From the human T2T-CHM13v2.0 reference genome, Homo sapiens, in assembly GCF_009914755.1 (NCBI RefSeq), contig NC_060931.1: DNA of 64,000 bases. One strand, written 5' to 3'. The notes below the pieces were generated by a model. It was not told where the DNA came from. It was given only the letters and a program-made list of their open reading frames with translations, and made no database searches. Of this stretch, positions 58,275 to 64,000 are shown one piece after another. The position numbers and the translations under genes are program-made. Each line of letters starts with the position of its first letter. Within the stretch, counting starts at the first letter, position 1.

Positions 58275-58503
58275 CAAGCGTGGCCAACCTACAGCCCGGG
58301 CGCCACATATGGCCCAGGATGGCTTTGAATGTGGCCCAACACAAATTTGTAAACTTTGTTAAAATATTATGAGATTTTTTTTGTGATTTTTTTTTTTTCT
58401 GGCTCATCAGCTATCATTAGTGTTAGTGTATCTTATGTGTAGCCCACAACAATTCTTCTTCTTCCAATGTGGCCTAGAGAAGCCAAAAGATTGGAAACCC
58501 CTA
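58275..58503. mobile_element. MER30-like hAT element
   Basis: About 230 bp; 8-bp TSD agttaaat/aattaaat; GCTCATCAGCTATCATTAGTGTTAGTGTA core. Confidence 0.8.
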
Positions 58504-59389
58504 AATTAAATAAACAGAGAAAAGGGAGGGAAAGGAACATTCATAGCTCACACTATAACAACCACTACAAGCATTCTGACACATTTCTTGTGCAGTAATT
58601 GTAATCATGCTATTTTCATATCTCTATGTATGTAATTTTATAAAGTTCGCCCAAATAACATTGCAAGATAGTTTTTTTTCAAAATTAAACTGTATTCTGA
58701 AAATAAAAATAGGTATTCAAAATAGAAAATTTTAAAAAAGCAAATTAAATAAATATCACTTCAAGTCCCATTGAAGTCGATATGAATGTGGAAGTGGACG
58801 TGGCCCCTATTAACTTGCTGGTATTTTCATATTAAAATATCTGTGTACAAATTTTATTTTGAAAAACTGGGATAAACAGTCTACATATTGTCTGCTCCAT
58901 TCACTAACCATTATATTGTTAATATTTTCCCAGACCATTCAAAATTCTTTGAGACAGTGAACTGTAATTGATAAATATTTTATTATATAGTGTCACAGAG
59001 TAATAATAAAATTAAGAATGTTTACAGATTTGCGAAAATGGTTTAGTATGTTTGTAAATATGTCTTTGCTTGTATCATGTTATTTCTCAGAATCAATTTT
59101 TCAAAGAATTATTAATAACCTTCAAGGCAAGGCAAAATATATATTACCTAATTACACCAACAAGTAAGGAAACCTCTGTTTTTTCTACATTAAGGGTACT
59201 GCATACCATAATTTAGAAAACTTTTGAGCTAATCTAATTGTTTTAATTTTCATTAGGCTGAATAGTTTTTCCTTTTTAAAAAACAAGCTTGTAGAGATGT
59301 TATTCTAGGGAGAGGCTGGATGAAGGCTGCATGGGACCTCCCTCTGCATTTCTTTGTACTTTCCTGTGAATTTACAAATATTGCAAAAT

Positions 59390-59393
<4 letters not shown>

Positions 59394-59425
<32 letters not shown>

Positions 59426-59484
59426 AAACCCATACCTATCTGTATTTGTGTGTATGTGTGTGTGTGTGTATGTGTGTGTGTGTG
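59394..59484. repeat. Poly-A run (~29 nt) and interrupted (TG)n microsatellite
   Basis: Read directly from the sequence. Confidence 0.9.
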
Positions 59485-59875
59485 AATTATGGCCTTTTTC
59501 CATTTACTTGTTAAAGTTTTAAGTTACTTGATATTATTTGTTTATTGGTTACATATGAAAAACATTATCATTGATTTAGCATTATCTCAGTCTGTCAATT
59601 TCACTGAAAATATTTTTCCCAGTCTATTATTTGCCTTATTGTTTTGACACACATCACTTTTTCCTAAAAAAAAAAAAAAAATAGATCTAATCAACATTCC
59701 TTTTGCAATTTTTTTCTATTGCAACCCAATTTAGAAAATCTTCCCTACTCTAGCAGTTTGATAAATATTTACATTAATATTTTTCAGTTTGAATTTTTAT
59801 ATTTAACTTGAATTTGCTTTTGATTCATTTAACATGCAATGAGAAGATTTAAACTTCTTTTTAAATTGCTTTCAG

Positions 59876-59996
59876 CAGGGCATGGTGGGTAGTGAGTGCC
59901 TATAATCCCAGCTACTTGGGAGGCCAAAGCAGGAGGATGGCTTGAGCCCAAGAGTTCAAGGTCAGGCTGGGCAGCATAGTAAGACTGTCTCCAAAA
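59876..59996 (+). mobile_element. FLAM-like Alu monomer
   Basis: Single left-arm-like unit. Confidence 0.78.
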
Positions 59997-60249
59997 TAAT
60001 GGTAATTAATTATAATAATGTAATAAATTTCTTTGAGCTGTGCCAACCTAATTTATTGAATAATCCACCCCTTTCCCATTGGCTTTTGATGCCTTTTTGA
60101 ACCATAATCTTTATTTCTTTTATATACAAAATAACATCTATGCTTGAGAGAGTTATTCTGTCCCATTCTTACCCATCATCCCTTATTTTAACTGCTGGAG
60201 CTTGAATGAGTGTTTTATTTTCTGGCTTGGCATACCGTTCTTCATTATA

Positions 60250-60470
60250 TAGCAGTGTATACTATTGAGAAAAGGATTGCTTTGGCCTCGTTAGATGTGA
60301 ATTTAAATCTCAGCTCTGTCTATTACAAGCTGTATGTCTGGAGGAAGTTATTTAACCTCTCTGAGCTTTAGTTCTCTTGTTTCTCAAATGAAACTATCAC
60401 CACCTACTTCATAGAGTCATGGTTAGGATTTTGTGAGGTAATGTATTCAAATGCATGCCGATATAGCAAA
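60250..60470. mobile_element. MIR
   Basis: AAGTTATTTAACCTCTCTGAGCTTTAGTT...CCTACTTCATAGAG. Confidence 0.6.
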
Positions 60471-60791
60471 CAGACATTAAAAGAATTAAGTTCCCTTCTC
60501 TTTCAGACTTTTCTTTAAAAGTTTTGGCCTTTTTTAGTCTCTTAAATGGACATTGGATGTAGTATGGTGTTACCTCCCAAAGTCACTTGCCCTTTCATTT
60601 GGAATCTAAAATAATCAAAGAACTGATAACTTGATAATATTAAATCTTCACATTCAGGAATATAAAACAGGAGAACTTGGTAGGCTGTGGGGGTAATTTC
60701 TGATATTAAAAAAGGTGGGCATTTTAGAATTCAATTAGCCAGGCCCAACACCAAAGATGGGTAATACGTGTGGCTAAAGAAAAGGTAACGA

Positions 60792-61131
<340 letters not shown>

Positions 61132-63077
61132 CTAAAAGGAGAGCACCTTGGGCTGACCCCATTGGTGGAGACTGTCATTTCCCAATAGAGTACCAGAGGT
61201 AACCGGGAGTTACCGAAAAAAAATTAACTGGAGTCAAGTTTTCAGTCTGGGAGGCCATTTTCACTTACTTTCCTACTTATGTCCTGAAGGCAACAATAAC
61301 TTTACCTTTGCTGGGAAAGTAAGCCTGAGTCACTCCATGATAAAAGGGATAAAATAAGGGAAACAGAAAATTTCTGAAAGAGGAAATAGATAAGGTGACA
61401 ACTGCATCACTGATTCAAGACTCAAGAAGGCTGTTTTGGAAGGTGTGCATTTGAAGGATGTTATTGTTACCTCTCAAGGACAGTGTATAGCATTTCAGCT
61501 TTCAGGTATGCTACTTTTAAGATCAGTTTAAAATATGCATTTTAAATATATAGTTTAAAAACATGTATTTTAAAAGACTTGTGATTTTGGTTTCCTTTCC
61601 AAAACACAAATAGTTCCAAGTAGACATGCCAAGCATAAATTCATAAAAGCATAAATGAACGTTATGTATTTAACTACCTGTTAAATCAGTAAATTGTGAT
61701 AATACTATTTAAAAGGTAAATACTGTCTGAAAACATGCACAAACTCCAGATAATACCATAGTACATGGCAGCTGGTCAGTAATGGCTGATCCTGGCCATG
61801 ACTGGGTCCTGTTTTTAGCCAATGTGCAGACTCAAAAGAGGGCCTGCCCAGGCCTAAGGTCAAGGCGCCGTAAGTAATGTTTAGGTGCTCAATGCTGCAG
61901 GTGACAGTTTAGGTCTGGGCTAACATAACTGAAAAGTGACCTCTTGTGGGTAGCGCTTCTATAAAAGAATGTCATACTTAACCACTAGCATGTGCCTCAG
62001 AAGTAGTAAGAGACCCACAAGCTTCTGCCAGACAGAGGGTGAGGCTCATGGGAGTGGATGGGCCTGTCCACACATGGCACCATCTTGTCTCCAAATGGGT
62101 TCGGTGCCCGGAGCCCTACAGTCCATGTACTGACTGACTTCAGCCTCAACTCGCCTCACCACCCCGCACAATGGCTTCCCAAGGAGTGAAGGTGTGTGAG
62201 GGGTTTGTTTTCTCTGAGGACAGAAAAAGAAGGACGAAACACTATGATTAAACATTACAAACTTCTTTTAAAAACTTACATAAACACACACCTCTTGTCT
62301 ATTACCTGCCTTACATTTTTTATTTTAAGTGTACTCAGTCTAATTCATTTGTTAATAAAAATTTAGCATATCTGAAGCAGGCATTTAATATAAAAAATAG
62401 CTTAAAAACAGTTTTTACTTTCATTACTCTTTCCTACTTATTTTTTGAGTAACCTACTTGTACTTTTCTGAAATTTCTCATTTTAAACATGCAAAGACTA
62501 TTTTGGATAAACATCCCTAGTCTTGAAGAAAGACTTTTTTTTAACATACTTTTAACTGACCAAGAGACACTTTAATTGTAATGAAGTATTTTTTTTCCCT
62601 CAGAGTGTACAGCCGCATTCTATAAAAGAAAAAGAAAATCACAGAAAAGGGAGAAGGGAACAGCCACAGAGAAAGGGTTAGAGGGGAAGGAGGCTGGCAG
62701 GGAACCAAGATACTGCAGGTCAGAGAAACGTAGGTTTCTTCAGTAGTAACAAGAGAAAATGTTTATCTCTCTATAGTTCCCACTCCAGTACCACTAGTGA
62801 AAGGGGTGACATTTAGGAGCGAAACAGAAATATAAAAAAAAAAGAGAGTTCTGGGGAAGGAAGCAGTTTAAAAATGCAATTAGCAGCATACGCTCAAGAA
62901 AGCGTTTGAGCCCGAGACCCCAGTCCATGACCTAGCTGTGGCCAGCACCCAGAGGAGGAGGGCAGAGAGGTGGACAGCACCCATGAGGGGAAGCAGGGAG
63001 GTCGTGCAATGGGACAGATGGTATCACGGGAGCGGGCGGCAGCTGGGGAGACATTACCAGACGAGAAACCTACCCAC

Positions 63078-63185
63078 CTCTGCCAGATTGTCACCCGACT
63101 TGGCGACAGCGGGGGAGTCGAGGAGCAGAGACTCGGCATGGATTCTGCGTAAGCGTTCTTTAAGATCTGTGTTTTGTGCTAGGGC
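63078..63185 (-). CDS. OSBPL3: OSBPL3 coding exon (probably exon 12; 108 nt, phase 0-0)
   Basis: ccag|GCC...GAG|gtgggt; encodes ALAQNTDLKERLRRIHAESLLLDSPAVAKSGDNLAE; in frame with the next exon. Exon numbers assume the recalled 23-exon structure. Confidence 0.93.
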
Positions 63186-63680
63186 CTGGAACATGTTAAA
63201 ATAGTGGGGCTCTGTTAATAAATGGATGTTTCAGAAAAGCACAGCAGTGGGCCCTGCAGGAGCGATCTCTAAGAGCTTGATGAAACTCTTAGTGACGTGG
63301 TCTGACAGCGCACTTTCTGGACTTTTTCCTTGAATGCTCTCCAAGAGGATACTGGTTCTGAGATGCCTGGGAGATGACAAACCTGGGCTCTGGAAATGAT
63401 GCTCTTTTTCTTTTCTCATTCCAGACATGGAGGGAGGGTTGGTAAGTGCAACAGAGAGGGAAGTCACAGACACTGTCGGCTTCTGTTAAGACCAGTGGTT
63501 CCACAGCATCTCCTCCTCCTCCCCAACTGTCTGGAGTCTCTTTGGCCAAATCCCTTCCTAAGGAATCCAGGCTTCTATCTGCTTTGAAGAATATGCTGGC
63601 CCCATCCCTTATGATTGGACATATTTCAATGTTACTTAATTATCATACCCATTGAATCAGATTTTAGAAAGTGTGCTGGA

Positions 63681-63975
63681 GGCCGGGCAAGGTGGCTCAC
63701 ACCTGTAATTCCAGCACTTTGGGAGGTGGAGGCGGGCAGATTACTTGAGGTCAGGAGTTTGAGAACAGCCTGGCCAACATGGTGAAACCCCATCTCTACC
63801 AAAAAATGCAAAAATTAGTTGGGCATGGTGGCACACACCTGTAGTCCCAGCTACTTGGGAGGCTGAGGTGGGAGAATTGCTTGAACCTGGGAGGCTGACA
63901 GATGTTGCAGCGAGCTGAGATTGCGGCCTGGGTGAGAGTGAGACCCTGTCTCACGAAAAAAAAAAAAAGAAATAA
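63681..63975 (+). mobile_element. Alu
   Basis: TSD agaaagtgtgctg. Confidence 0.9.
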
Positions 63976-64000
63976 AGAAAGTGTGCTGTGTGCTGGGAAG

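Noticed and set aside
61527-61575. AT-rich quasi-palindromes
   Set aside because: Short and low complexity; expected by chance in AT-rich intron

Overview
Primate (human-like) genomic DNA; no prokaryotic features. (1) The minus strand carries the 3' half of OSBPL3 (ORP3). Twelve coding exons splice in frame with GT-AG junctions from 63185 to the TGA at 14191. They encode about 501 aa, including the FFAT motif EFFDAQE and the ORD with EQVSHHPP, followed by a ~3.6 kb 3' UTR. (2) About 750 bp downstream, on the same strand, is a two-LTR LTR2/HERV-E-type mosaic provirus with Harlequin-like organisation (3299-9797). It has a TGAA target-site duplication (TSD), a tRNA-Glu primer binding site (PBS), gag, pol and two different env remnants, and sits in the end of a Tigger2a-like transposon. 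(3) Introns hold about 29 Alu elements or monomers plus L1, L2, MIR, MaLR and DNA transposons. Best leads: provirus as promoter or splice source towards the downstream gene; a 304-codon open env TM frame lacking the first Cys of CX6CC; a G-to-A signature; a 391-bp TSD-flanked retrocopy of an unidentified 3' UTR; a 23-bp perfect hairpin with a duplicated arm; alternative polyadenylation splitting miR-124/miR-181 seed sites; and CTCF motifs. Repeat family names come from recalled consensus sequences, not from a search. I found no clearly new biological system.
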